DNA of 64,000 nucleotides. Origin: Pseudomonadota bacterium (lineage in GTDB: Bacteria; Myxococcota; JACRCW01; JAFGSX01). How positions within the stretch are numbered: position 1 is the first letter of the stretch; the number at the start of each line of letters is the position of its first letter. A model generated the notes under the pieces. The model saw only the letters and a list, made by a program, of their open reading frames with translations. It was not told where the DNA came from and ran no database searches. The stretch spans positions 1-64,000 of the forward strand of contig JBDRCO010000094.1 in assembly GCA_043821645.1 (NCBI GenBank). The letters run 5' to 3'. Of the stretch, positions 28,295 through 38,674 are shown in pieces. The translations under genes and the position numbers were made by a program.

Positions 28295-29269
28295 TCACCA
28301 CGCTGCATCCGCCAGGTCCTGCGGGATGCGGCAGGTCAAGCCCAGATTGGCGAGTAATCGGGCAATATCCGCGGGCAGCGGAGCCCAGGCATCGAGGACC
28401 TCTTCGCCGTACTCGAAGCGGAGACGCACCGCATGCAGCGCCTGGCGGCCTATGCCCATCGACGTGTGGCCGTAGCGCAGGTCTCCCACGATGGGGTGAC
28501 CCAGCGCCGACAGGTGGGCACGGATCTGGTGCATGCGCCCGCGTTGGATCACGGCCTCGACCAGGGACAGTCCCTGCGCCCTCGCCAGGACCCGGAAGCG
28601 GGTCTCGGCCTCGAGCCAGGGCCCACGCACCGCCGCATCGTCCTGACCTTGCACCACCATGCGTCCGTCGTCAGCGCGGCTGCGCGCCAGAGGATCCGAG
28701 ATCCGCCCGCGCGCGGCCAGCACCTCCCCGGGATCCTCGACCACGGCGAGGTAGTGCTTGCCCACCGTGTCCGCGGCCAGCGCCTGGCGCAACATGGCGT
28801 GGTCCTGGACCCGGCGCGCCAGGGCCACGGCGCCGGAGGTGTCGACGTCGAGCCGGTGCAGCAATCCGCCTTCGCGGGGATCCGGCCCCGCGCTCAACAC
28901 CTCGGGATGCAGGCGAGCCACCCGCTGCAGAAGGCTGTCGTGCTCGTGCGGAGCGAGGGCGTGGCAGGGCACGCCGGATGGCTTGTCCACCACCAGCACC
29001 GCAGGGGTCACCACCAGCAGGGCCTGTGGTGGCAACGCACCAGCCTCGGTGGTGCCCGCGAGGTCCACGGCCAGCGTGCTGTTCTCGTCGAGGCGCGTCC
29101 CCTTGCGCGCCAGCCTCCCGTCCACGCGGACCCGACCCTCGGCGATGAGACGGATGGCCTGTCGCCGCGAGCAATTGGGGAGGCGCCGGGCCAGCACCAC
29201 GTCGAGCCGCGACCCCGCGTCCTCGGCCGGAACCTGCCAGCGTGAGGCAGGAGAATGCCAGGTGTTCAC
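28295..29269 (-). CDS. RluA/RluD family pseudouridine synthase with S4 domain
   Basis: 'RLD..L....SR....RLI..G.V.VDG','VDKPSG','HRLDVDTSG','GR.HQIRAH....GHPIVGD.RYG','LHA'. Confidence 0.93.
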   Translation of the reverse strand: MNTWHSPASRWQVPAEDAGSRLDVVLARRLPNCSRRQAIRLIAEGRVRVDGRLARKGTRLDENSTLAVDLAGTTEAGALPPQALLVVTPAVLVVDKPSGVPCHALAPHEHDSLLQRVARLHPEVLSAGPDPREGGLLHRLDVDTSGAVALARRVQDHAMLRQALAADTVGKHYLAVVEDPGEVLAARGRISDPLARSRADDGRMVVQGQDDAAVRGPWLEAETRFRVLARAQGLSLVEAVIQRGRMHQIRAHLSALGHPIVGDLRYGHTSMGIGRQALHAVRLRFEYGEEVLDAWAPLPADIARLLANLGLTCRIPQDLADAAW

Positions 29270-29316
29270 GTCGCCACCATAGCACGGTGTGCGGCAAGGC
29301 GGCGCGGGGACAGTGC

Positions 29317-30420
29317 TCAGGGCGTCGCGGGTGCCGCGCGCAGTGAACCCTGGCGCTGGGCCACCCGGTCGCGCACCGCGTGCTCGAGGTGCGCCAGGGC
29401 GCTGTCCGAGGGCGACACCTGCTTCAGCAGATCGATGAAGGCCGCCCAGTCCTCTCCGACCGCGGCAAAAGCCTTGGCATAAAGTTGGGCGTTGAAGGTG
29501 TACACGCGCATGGCTGCCACCCCGGCATTGTTGTCGGGAAGGCGCGCCGCGCGATAGGCAGCGGTGCTGTAGCTGGCGGCGATCTCATCGTGTGCGCGCT
29601 GATGCCGCCGGAAAATGCGCTGCTTGCCAGCGACGGTGGCACGGCCGCTGGCATACAGCGAGGCCAGGTCCTGCGACAGGGCGAGCACGGCCTCGCGGTA
29701 GCGGTCCGCGTCGGCATCGCGCTGCACGGCCTGGGTCAGAGCCAGGCTATCCGGGCCGAGCTTGTCGACGATGAAGGCCTGGCGGCCCTGGCGCCCGATG
29801 AAGGTGGCCAGGCCCTCGTTGAACTCGCCCTGGCCAGCGGCGTAGACCGTGGCATGCGCCAGTTCGTGGATGACCACCTCGACGATGCGCTCGGGTGAGC
29901 CCTGGACCATGGTCGACAGCAGGGGATCCGGCAGTACCCCGAGCAGGCTGTAGGCGGTCACTGGCCGCACCAGCACGTCCAGCCCCTCGCCCTGCAAGCG
30001 TGACGCCTCAGCCTCGGCATCCGCCCGATCGAAGTAGCCCTTGTAGGGCACTCCACCCAGCACCGGAAACTGCCAGGTGTAGGGCGCCAGGTCGAAACGG
30101 CCCGCGGCGCTGACCACCCAGGCCACGCCCTCCCCCTCGATCTCGATACCTCGCTCATACTGGTCCGTGACCGTGAGCTGCAGGCGCTCCCGCGCGAACT
30201 CGCGGGCCGACCAGGCCAGGGCCCAGCGCCAGCCGCCGCCGTCTTCCTGCTTGTCGTTGACCAGCTCGGTGAGCGGGCGGGTATGCAGCAGGAGGTCGAG
30301 CTGCCCTTGGCCCTGGCGCAGCAGGTAGGGAACCTCGCATCCCGTCAGCGGCAGCAACACCGCCACCGCCCCCGCCAGCCACCACACTGCGCCCGCAGCG
30401 CCTGGTCCCCTGCGTCTCAC
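29317..30420 (-). CDS. Putative lipoprotein aminopeptidase (zincin)
   Basis: Lipobox 'LTGC'; 'W.FP..G.VPYKGYF','AYS.LG...DP','IHELAH','FNE.LATF'. Confidence 0.85.
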   Translation of the reverse strand: MRRRGPGAAGAVWWLAGAVAVLLPLTGCEVPYLLRQGQGQLDLLLHTRPLTELVNDKQEDGGGWRWALAWSAREFARERLQLTVTDQYERGIEIEGEGVAWVVSAAGRFDLAPYTWQFPVLGGVPYKGYFDRADAEAEASRLQGEGLDVLVRPVTAYSLLGVLPDPLLSTMVQGSPERIVEVVIHELAHATVYAAGQGEFNEGLATFIGRQGRQAFIVDKLGPDSLALTQAVQRDADADRYREAVLALSQDLASLYASGRATVAGKQRIFRRHQRAHDEIAASYSTAAYRAARLPDNNAGVAAMRVYTFNAQLYAKAFAAVGEDWAAFIDLLKQVSPSDSALAHLEHAVRDRVAQRQGSLRAAPATP

Positions 30421-30682
30421 CTATATATGTTAGCAGATCTCGTCGTCACGCGCCGCCGATGGGCACACGGATCGTCGTCAAGGATGCGATCGGTGCGGCC
30501 TGTCACCCCGCTGGGTGCGTATCCAGCCGAGGCGCGACGGGAGGTCGACCCCGCTTTGCGCAGCTCGCAGGGCCCGGTCATACTGATGTTCCGGGCACAG
30601 GGGGAATGGCGAGCCGGTCCGGGTTCGTTGTCACACCAGAAGGCAAGGAGCTCACCTGACACGCGCTCTGCTTCAGCTTCTG

Positions 30683-31273
30683 GTGGTGATCCTGTCCCTG
30701 GCCCTGGGGGCCCTGGGCACCTGGGTCTGGCTGCGCCCGGTCCCGGTCCAGCACCCGGACCCGGCGGCCGTGGTCGAGCGGGTGCGCGAGGTCATGCGCC
30801 TGGAGACCCTGGAGGTCTCCCTGTACAAGAAGATCACCTTCTCGCCCGAGCCCGAGGCCGGGGACTCGACCTGGAGCGACGTGGTGACCTGGATTCGCCA
30901 CGCCGTGAGCGAGCCGCGGGGGCGTGCCATCGTGTTCGCCACCCTGCGCCTGTCCTTTGACCTGGGGCGCCTGGATGCCCGCGCGCTGCAGGTTCGCGGT
31001 GACGTCGTCGAGGTCGTGCTGCCTCCCCTCGAGGCCCGTGTGGAGATCCTCCCCGACGAGACCGAAGTGCTGGGCAGCAACCTCGACAGCGCCCAGACCG
31101 CCAGGCTGTTCGAGCTGGCCAGGCAGGCCTTTATGCGTGAGGCCGGCCAGGATCCACGGCTGCGGCAACGCGCCAGGCAGTCCGCCGAGCGGTCCCTGCG
31201 CGCCCTGCTGCTGGGGCTGGGCTTTCGCGAGCTCCGCCTGGTGGACCAGCTGACGCCCGTCACCGGCGTCTGA
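30683..31273 (+). CDS. DUF4230 family membrane-anchored protein
   Basis: N-terminal TM, 'LETLE','FDL..L','LPP','A..SL..LL..LGF'; true start may be CTG 30656. Confidence 0.7.
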   Translation: MVILSLALGALGTWVWLRPVPVQHPDPAAVVERVREVMRLETLEVSLYKKITFSPEPEAGDSTWSDVVTWIRHAVSEPRGRAIVFATLRLSFDLGRLDARALQVRGDVVEVVLPPLEARVEILPDETEVLGSNLDSAQTARLFELARQAFMREAGQDPRLRQRARQSAERSLRALLLGLGFRELRLVDQLTPVTGV

Positions 31274-31291
31274 GATCCGGGCGCCCCCGGC

Positions 31292-33736
31292 TCAGGGGGG
31301 CAGGATGCCGACCAGGTCCTCGGTGCAGGCGTAAGAGCTGTCGAAGACCTCCTGCACGTACTCGGACTTGAGCAAGGCCGGAGCGATGTCGATGCGTGTG
31401 CCGTCGACGACGATGTGGCCCTGGATGCTGTTGCCCTGGCCCTGATAACGACCGTTCTGGGCCTGGATCTGGGCCCCGTCCACCGCCACCTGGAAGGTCA
31501 GGCCGTTCATCTCGAGGGTGGCGTCGCCGGTCTCCACACCCACGTCGGAGAAGATGGCGATGGGCGTGGGGATGTCGTAGGCGCCAAGGTCAGAGGCGTT
31601 CTCGCCGGTGATGGGCTCCACCGTCCCGGTGAGCCAGCCACCGTGCCAGGTCACGCGCTGGGCGGGTTCGTCAGCGCCGGCCGGGAGATCGTAGGAAACA
31701 AAGTCGCGCAGCTCGACGTCCCGCAAGGTGATGCGCACCGAGCGCGGATCGCGCGGGACGATGGAGTCGACCAGCAGGTACATGCTCTCGCGCTCGCCGG
31801 TGACGGTGCGGGTGGCGTTGACCAGGGCCGATCCCGCCGTGCAGGTCGTGGTGTCCAGGCAGTCCTCCTTGATCACCACCGGCGCCGGCGAGCCCTGCCA
31901 GCACTCCTCGACGTCCCAAGTGATGGAGCCCATGTCACCGTTGTTGCCCACTACCTCGGTGGGCCAGATGAGCACGCCCCAGGTGTCCTCGAAACCACAG
32001 TCCTTGTCCGCGTTGATCATGGATGCCAGTGCGCCGGTGGAGTGCACCAGGAGGCGGGCCGCCACGTTGCCCAGCAGGGGGTACAGGCTGCACGCCTCGT
32101 CGGTGGCCGCGTGCTGGTAGTCGGGACGGCAGGCATCGTCGAGCAAGAAGCGTCCGGCATCGTAGTTGGGATCCAGGGGCAGCGGTGCGTCGAAGCTGCC
32201 CAGGGTGTACCGCGTACCGTTCATGGTGAGGGTGCCGTGCATGCGGTTCTCGTCGTCATCGACCTTGCCGTTGGTGGCATCCAGGTCGGAGCCGGCCACG
32301 CTCAGCGCGAAGGCATTGCCATCAACGGTGAGCATCAGGTCCACGTCGTCGAGCCGCACGGCCTCGACGCTGGCCGCCGAGCTCTTCTTGGCACAGGCGT
32401 GCAGGGCCGTGTCCATGGCCACCACGACGCTGATCCGCCCCGACATCTTGCCCGAGCGCAGACGCAGCTCGTAAGGCAGGTCACTGCGCTGGATGCGGAA
32501 GTCCGAGAAACGCAACTCCAGGCTCACCACGGAGGGTTGGCGGTGCTGTGGGATGATGGGTTTGTCACGGTTGCCGGTGTTCCAGCCCTCGACCTCCTTG
32601 GAGCCAGTGGCGGACACCGAGCCTTCGACGATGTACTGCACGCCGTTGCAGGTCTCCTTGAGCACCGTAGGCTGGTCCCAGCTCAGGGTGCAGGGAGGCT
32701 CGAGGGTGCGCCGCACGCGGCCGTCCTGGCGCCCGATCTCGCCACTGACCTGCTGGCCGTCGGTGGCCGGGGCGCTGGAGAAGCCGCAGCGGGTATCCTC
32801 GTCGTACGCGTCGGCGAGGCGGCCAAAGGCGGCGATGGCCAGCCGCGCCAGGCCCTCGGCCAGGTCCTCGTCGAGGGACTGGCATTCGTAGCTCAGGGGC
32901 TGGGCGAGGTCCTCCTTGCAGGCCATGGCGGCCTCGAAGGTGCTGCGCTTGTAGTCCGGATCCAGGCCGTCCGTGTCGTCGACGGTGGGGACCTGCACGA
33001 TGCTGTCCCACATCGTGAGCTGGCCCTTGAGATCGTTCTCGCGCGAGCCCCAGCGCCCGACCTGGGCGCCGAAGTCAGAGGTCGGCACCTCGGCAGGAAA
33101 CACGCCGTCGCCCGAGTCCACCTCGAGCACGCCGTTCTCGTACTGGATGTGCTCGAGGGTGAGGTCCGTGGTCGACACCGCGCACACACCCAGGCTGGCA
33201 CTCACCCCGAGGTGGGGCAGCGCGTGCACTCGCAACTTGCCGGCCTCCATGGTCAGGCCATTATCTGCGGCCGATGAGCGAACCTGGTAGCTGGCAAAGG
33301 CCAGGCTCAGCTCCATCTCGGCGGCGTCTGCCGCGCCGGGAATGACAGGCTTGGCCGGGTTGCCGGTGAGGTGCCCGCGAATGGTCTGGGTGCCGCTGAG
33401 GGTGACCTTGCCCGCGGCCTTGGTCTCGACCCCGTTGCAGTCCGTCGACACGGTGTGCAGATCACCGAAATCGAGCACGCAGTTGTCGATGCGCAGCGTC
33501 AGCGTCCCTTCGTGGCCCACCTCGCCGTCCAGCACGGCACTGCTGGCTGCAGCCTCGCTGGCGAAGCCGCAGCGCGTGTCCGCCGCCACCAGCGAGATGG
33601 CCGTGCCCACGTTTCGAACCGTGAGCCGGGCCACCCCCATGGCGACCGGTTCCGGGAACAGCTTCTCGCACTGGCAGGAGAACAGCGGGAGCACCGCCAG
33701 CAGCGCGCCTGCCCCGATCCCATCGCGATGTTTCAT
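31292..33736 (-). CDS. Large secreted lipoprotein made of three homologous ~260-aa domains
   Basis: Signal 'LFSC'; repeated 'ARL...G.......D..CGF' at three positions. Confidence 0.75.
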   Translation of the reverse strand: MKHRDGIGAGALLAVLPLFSCQCEKLFPEPVAMGVARLTVRNVGTAISLVAADTRCGFASEAAASSAVLDGEVGHEGTLTLRIDNCVLDFGDLHTVSTDCNGVETKAAGKVTLSGTQTIRGHLTGNPAKPVIPGAADAAEMELSLAFASYQVRSSAADNGLTMEAGKLRVHALPHLGVSASLGVCAVSTTDLTLEHIQYENGVLEVDSGDGVFPAEVPTSDFGAQVGRWGSRENDLKGQLTMWDSIVQVPTVDDTDGLDPDYKRSTFEAAMACKEDLAQPLSYECQSLDEDLAEGLARLAIAAFGRLADAYDEDTRCGFSSAPATDGQQVSGEIGRQDGRVRRTLEPPCTLSWDQPTVLKETCNGVQYIVEGSVSATGSKEVEGWNTGNRDKPIIPQHRQPSVVSLELRFSDFRIQRSDLPYELRLRSGKMSGRISVVVAMDTALHACAKKSSAASVEAVRLDDVDLMLTVDGNAFALSVAGSDLDATNGKVDDDENRMHGTLTMNGTRYTLGSFDAPLPLDPNYDAGRFLLDDACRPDYQHAATDEACSLYPLLGNVAARLLVHSTGALASMINADKDCGFEDTWGVLIWPTEVVGNNGDMGSITWDVEECWQGSPAPVVIKEDCLDTTTCTAGSALVNATRTVTGERESMYLLVDSIVPRDPRSVRITLRDVELRDFVSYDLPAGADEPAQRVTWHGGWLTGTVEPITGENASDLGAYDIPTPIAIFSDVGVETGDATLEMNGLTFQVAVDGAQIQAQNGRYQGQGNSIQGHIVVDGTRIDIAPALLKSEYVQEVFDSSYACTEDLVGILPP

Positions 33737-33870
33737 CGAATCCCCCGATACAGATCCGTTGCCACGCTAGCCCCAGAGACGCGGTTCAGCAACTGGCGCC
33801 AGGAAGGTCGCCGAAGAACGCTGGCGGGAGTCCCCGAGCTGGATGCGAGCGGAGTGGAAGGCCCTGCAGC

Positions 33871-34746
33871 TCAGCCGGCGAGCGCGGCCTTGAGCGTGTC
33901 GCCGAGGTCCGCCGGGGTTCTGGCGACCTTGACCCCACAGGCGGTCAGGGCCTGGATCTTCTCGCCAGCCGTGCCCTTGCCACCGGCGATGATGGCGCCG
34001 GCGTGACCCATGCGGCGGCCCGGAGGCGCGGTGGACCCCGCCACGAAGGCGGCCACGGGCTTGGTCATGTGATCGCGGACGTACTCGGCGGCCTTCTCCT
34101 CGGCACTGCCGCCGATCTCGCCGATCATCAGCACGGCGTCGGTGTCGGGGTCGGCCTGGAACAGGGTCAAGGCGTCGACGAAGTTGGTGCCGTTGACCGG
34201 GTCGCCGCCGATGCCGATGCAGGTGGACTGGCCGATGCCAAGAGCGGTGAGCTGGCCCACGGCCTCGTAGGTCAGGGTGCCCGAGCGCGACACCACGCCG
34301 ACGCGGCCCGGCTTGTGGATGGGGCCCGGCATGATGCCGATCTTGCACTCCCCGGGGGTGATGATGCCCGGACAGTTGGGACCGATGAGACGGGTCGGCG
34401 AGCCCTGCATGGCGCGCTTGACCCGCACCATGTCCAAAACGGGGATGCCCTCGGTGATGGCGACGACGAGGGGCAGGTCTGCCGCCACCGCCTCGAGGAT
34501 GGCGTCGGCGCAGAAGGCCGCCGGCACGAAGATCACGGCCACGTTGGCGCCGGTCTGCTTGACGGCGTCGGCCACGGTGTCGAACACCGGCACCTTGTCG
34601 TCGAACTTCTGGCCGCCCTTGCCCGGGGTCACGCCGGCCACGACCTGGGTGCCATATTCGATCATCTGCCGTGCGTGGAAGGCGCCGGCCTCGCCGGTGA
34701 TGCCCTGGACCAGCAGCTTGGTCTGCTTGTTGACGAGAATGCTCAT
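33871..34746 (-). CDS. sucD: Succinyl-CoA synthetase alpha subunit
   Basis: 'QGITG','GVTPGKGG','GPNCPG','RMGHAGA'. Confidence 0.98.
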   Translation of the reverse strand: MSILVNKQTKLLVQGITGEAGAFHARQMIEYGTQVVAGVTPGKGGQKFDDKVPVFDTVADAVKQTGANVAVIFVPAAFCADAILEAVAADLPLVVAITEGIPVLDMVRVKRAMQGSPTRLIGPNCPGIITPGECKIGIMPGPIHKPGRVGVVSRSGTLTYEAVGQLTALGIGQSTCIGIGGDPVNGTNFVDALTLFQADPDTDAVLMIGEIGGSAEEKAAEYVRDHMTKPVAAFVAGSTAPPGRRMGHAGAIIAGGKGTAGEKIQALTACGVKVARTPADLGDTLKAALAG

Positions 34747-34797
34747 GATGTGCTCCTGCGGCTCACAGCCCGGATGCGGTTGGGTTGAAGACGGCGA

Positions 34798-35958
<1,161 letters not shown>

Positions 35959-36105
35959 GTGCTGGATCCGCTTTTTGTCCCGGTCGGCCGGGAGGGTTGA
36001 TCCAAGGACCCGCAGGCGGCCCACCTCGCTGCCATGGCGTCGCGTGATAGCGCAGTGCGCAACGAACTTCAAGGCGCGAGTCCGCTGAGAAAACCGAGCG
36101 ATGTC

Positions 36106-36236
36106 TGACTCAAGCGGACTGAATCCTGACGCAGAGGAGATTCGATGGTTTTTATCGCTATAAACTTTTTTTATCGAAATTTTATATACAGGAGGGGTCG
36201 CAAAAACCGCTGACTCAATGCGTCAATAAATTAATA
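36106..36236. promoter_or_regulatory. AT-rich divergent control region with near-palindrome TGACTCAATGCGTCA and TTTTTATCG direct repeats
   Basis: Palindrome 36211-36225; TTTTTATCG at 36149 and 36168; half-sites TGACTCA 36106, TGACGCA 36127. Confidence 0.5.
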
Positions 36237-36295
36237 CTTGCGCCGAGTTACGCGATCGCTGTAAAACCAGGCTCGCTTTTTGGCCGGGGGAGATC

Positions 36296-36631
36296 ATGTC
36301 CGCTGCACTGCTTGAAATCGAGCCGCAAACCCAGCGCCGCGACCACACCGTGGCATTCCTGCGCAGCGTGCGCTCGGGCGAGGCTTCGCCAGGTGCGCAC
36401 GCGGACCAGCTCGGCACGCGGCATGTCGAAAACGACCACGTGCAGGTCTGGTCCACGCTGCAGGACGAGGCCCTGCGCGCGCACGCCGCCTTTGTCTCCG
36501 CAGCGCGTGGCGCAGCACTGGCCCGCCATCGCGGCGAGGACCTGCGCGCCGAATCCCTGACCCGCCTGGCGCGCAAGCAGCACCAGCGCTGGATCCATGC
36601 CAGCCGCGTGATGGCCCTGTACGAGCACTGA
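36296..36631 (+). CDS. Small hypothetical helical protein
   Basis: GGGAG RBS, GC3-biased codons, follows an AT-rich promoter region. Confidence 0.55.
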   Translation: MSAALLEIEPQTQRRDHTVAFLRSVRSGEASPGAHADQLGTRHVENDHVQVWSTLQDEALRAHAAFVSAARGAALARHRGEDLRAESLTRLARKQHQRWIHASRVMALYEH

Positions 36632-36773
36632 GTCTCCCGTCATTCCTTCGATGGTCCGCAATACCGAGAGCCAACCGACCTCGTGAGCCCTGTTTCCCGC
36701 TGCCAAACCTGAGCCCATTGCACGCGCCGCACACGTGACGTATGGGTACGCAGGGTGCTGATGAGGAAGGCAC

Positions 36774-37985
36774 ATGGTCCTGGGTGCACGTCACAACTGG
36801 CCTCTTCTTGCCGCGGCTTGCCTGCTGCTGCAGTCGTGTGAGGAGGACCCGGGCACCGGCGAGGTGAGCAAGCAACCCGAGAGGATCCGCTCCACCGTGG
36901 TGGTGCTGCGCGGAGCTGGCGCCACCTTTCCCAAGCCCATCTACACCAAGTGGGGCCTGACCTACTTCGAGCTGAAGCGCGTCAAGCTGGATTACCAGGC
37001 ACTGGGTTCGGATGCCGGGGTCAAGGCCATCAGCGAGGGCCACGTGGACTTCGGAGCCTCGGACATCCCGCTGGCGGTGGCGGATCTCGAGAGGCTTGGC
37101 CTGCTGCAGTTCCCCATGATCGCTGGCGCGATCGTCCCGGTGGTGCACCTGCCTGGCATCGCGTCAGGCCAGCTCCTGCTCACCGCGGAACTCATCGCAC
37201 AGATTTACCTGGGCAAGATCCGGCGCTGGAACGATCCGGCCCTGGTCCAGGCCAATCCGAGCCTGGTCCTGCCAGACCAGGACATCATCGCGGTGTTTCG
37301 CGCCGACGCCTCGGGCTCGACCTGGTTGCTGTCCAGCCTGCTCACCGAGCTTTCACCCCAGTGGAAAGCCTCGATGGGTGTGGGCTCGACCCTGAACTGG
37401 CCCACCGGCGTGGGCGCCCAGGGCAGCGAGCAGATGGCCAGGTTCATCCATCGCTTCGACTACACCATTGGCTACGTGCAGCTGTCGCTGGCCAAGGCCG
37501 AGGGTCTGAGCTGGACCCGCATGAAGAATCGCCGCGGCGCCGTGGTGGAGCCTGAGGACAGGGCGGTGCAGGTGGCCGCGATGCACGCCATCACCACCTC
37601 GAGCGAGCGACTTCGCGTGGCACCGGTCGAACAACTCGACGCCCAGGCCTGGCCCCTGACCACCGCGTCCTACCTGCTAATCCGGCGCGAGGTACGCAAT
37701 CCGGATCGCGCGCGCCGCATGCTGGAGTTTTTTGCCTGGTGCCTGGACGAGGGTCGGCCCCTGGCCCAGGCGCTGCACTACGTCGCCGTGCCCGAGCCTC
37801 TGGTCGCGGCGACGCAGCGGCTGTGGGGCGAGTACCTGCGCGCCGACGGTGAGGCCCTGTGGCCTCCACCTTTGGCGGCGTCCCGGCCCGGGCCAAGCTC
37901 GCAGCCTGCCGCCGCGGCGCAGGAGAGTGGTCCTTCGCCTGACGAGATCGAGGATGCAGCGACCCCGGGGGACCGCGGGCGCTGA
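36774..37985 (+). CDS. pstS: Phosphate ABC substrate-binding protein (lipoprotein)
   Basis: 'GAGATFP.P.Y..W','GS..G','VDFGASD','RADASGST','IGYV','WPL'. Confidence 0.9.
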   Translation: MVLGARHNWPLLAAACLLLQSCEEDPGTGEVSKQPERIRSTVVVLRGAGATFPKPIYTKWGLTYFELKRVKLDYQALGSDAGVKAISEGHVDFGASDIPLAVADLERLGLLQFPMIAGAIVPVVHLPGIASGQLLLTAELIAQIYLGKIRRWNDPALVQANPSLVLPDQDIIAVFRADASGSTWLLSSLLTELSPQWKASMGVGSTLNWPTGVGAQGSEQMARFIHRFDYTIGYVQLSLAKAEGLSWTRMKNRRGAVVEPEDRAVQVAAMHAITTSSERLRVAPVEQLDAQAWPLTTASYLLIRREVRNPDRARRMLEFFAWCLDEGRPLAQALHYVAVPEPLVAATQRLWGEYLRADGEALWPPPLAASRPGPSSQPAAAAQESGPSPDEIEDAATPGDRGR

Positions 37986-38016
37986 GTGTGGGTTCGGCGC
38001 GTGAAGGAGTGTGATC

Positions 38017-38661
38017 ATGATGCTGCCCTTTACCCGGACACGAGAGCTCGAGAGCCAGATCGATGAGTTCCTCGACATCGTGATCAAGGGAGTGCTGGCG
38101 CAGAAGCAGGCCATCACCTGCTACCTCAAGTGCGACCTTGAAGAGTTTGCCACGCACGTCAGCGTGGTGAGCAAGTTGGAGAACCAGGCCGACGACATCC
38201 GCAAGCGCACCGAGACCACCCTGTACGCCCAGGCGCTGATCCCGGAGTCCCGGGGCGACGTGCTGGCTCTGCTCGAGAACACCGACAACGTCATCGACAC
38301 CGCCAAGAAGGTGCTGCAGCGCTTCGAGGTCGAGCGGCCAGTCATCCCTGCCGAATACCACGACACGATTCTGATGCTCGTCGATAGCTGCGCCCACGCC
38401 GTCGACAACCTGGTCGGAGCCGCCCGCGCCTTCTTCCGCGACACCGGCGCGGTGCGCGACTACATCAACAAGGTCGACTACTACGAGAAGGAAGCGGACC
38501 GCGCGGGCCTCAAGCTCAAGCGACAGATCTTCGGCTCGAACATCGAGCTGTACAGCAAGATGCACCTGCGTTTCTTCGTCGATCAGATCGAGTCCTTGTC
38601 GGACATCGCCGAGAACGTGGCCGAGCGCCTGGCCATCGCCAGCATCAAGCGCTCGCTGTGA
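38017..38661 (+). CDS. DUF47/TIGR00153 PhoU-like Pit accessory protein
   Basis: 'LENQADDIR','P..RGD...L....D.V.D','EKEAD','SD.AE'; AAGGAG RBS; adjacent to PiT gene. Confidence 0.88.
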   Translation: MMLPFTRTRELESQIDEFLDIVIKGVLAQKQAITCYLKCDLEEFATHVSVVSKLENQADDIRKRTETTLYAQALIPESRGDVLALLENTDNVIDTAKKVLQRFEVERPVIPAEYHDTILMLVDSCAHAVDNLVGAARAFFRDTGAVRDYINKVDYYEKEADRAGLKLKRQIFGSNIELYSKMHLRFFVDQIESLSDIAENVAERLAIASIKRSL

Positions 38662-38674
38662 GGACGACCCCGCG

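Noticed and set aside
30606-30659. 17-codon ORF MASRSGFVVTPEGKELT before the DUF4230 gene as a leader peptide
   Set aside because: SD-like run sits too close to the ATG; no regulatory codon run or attenuator seen
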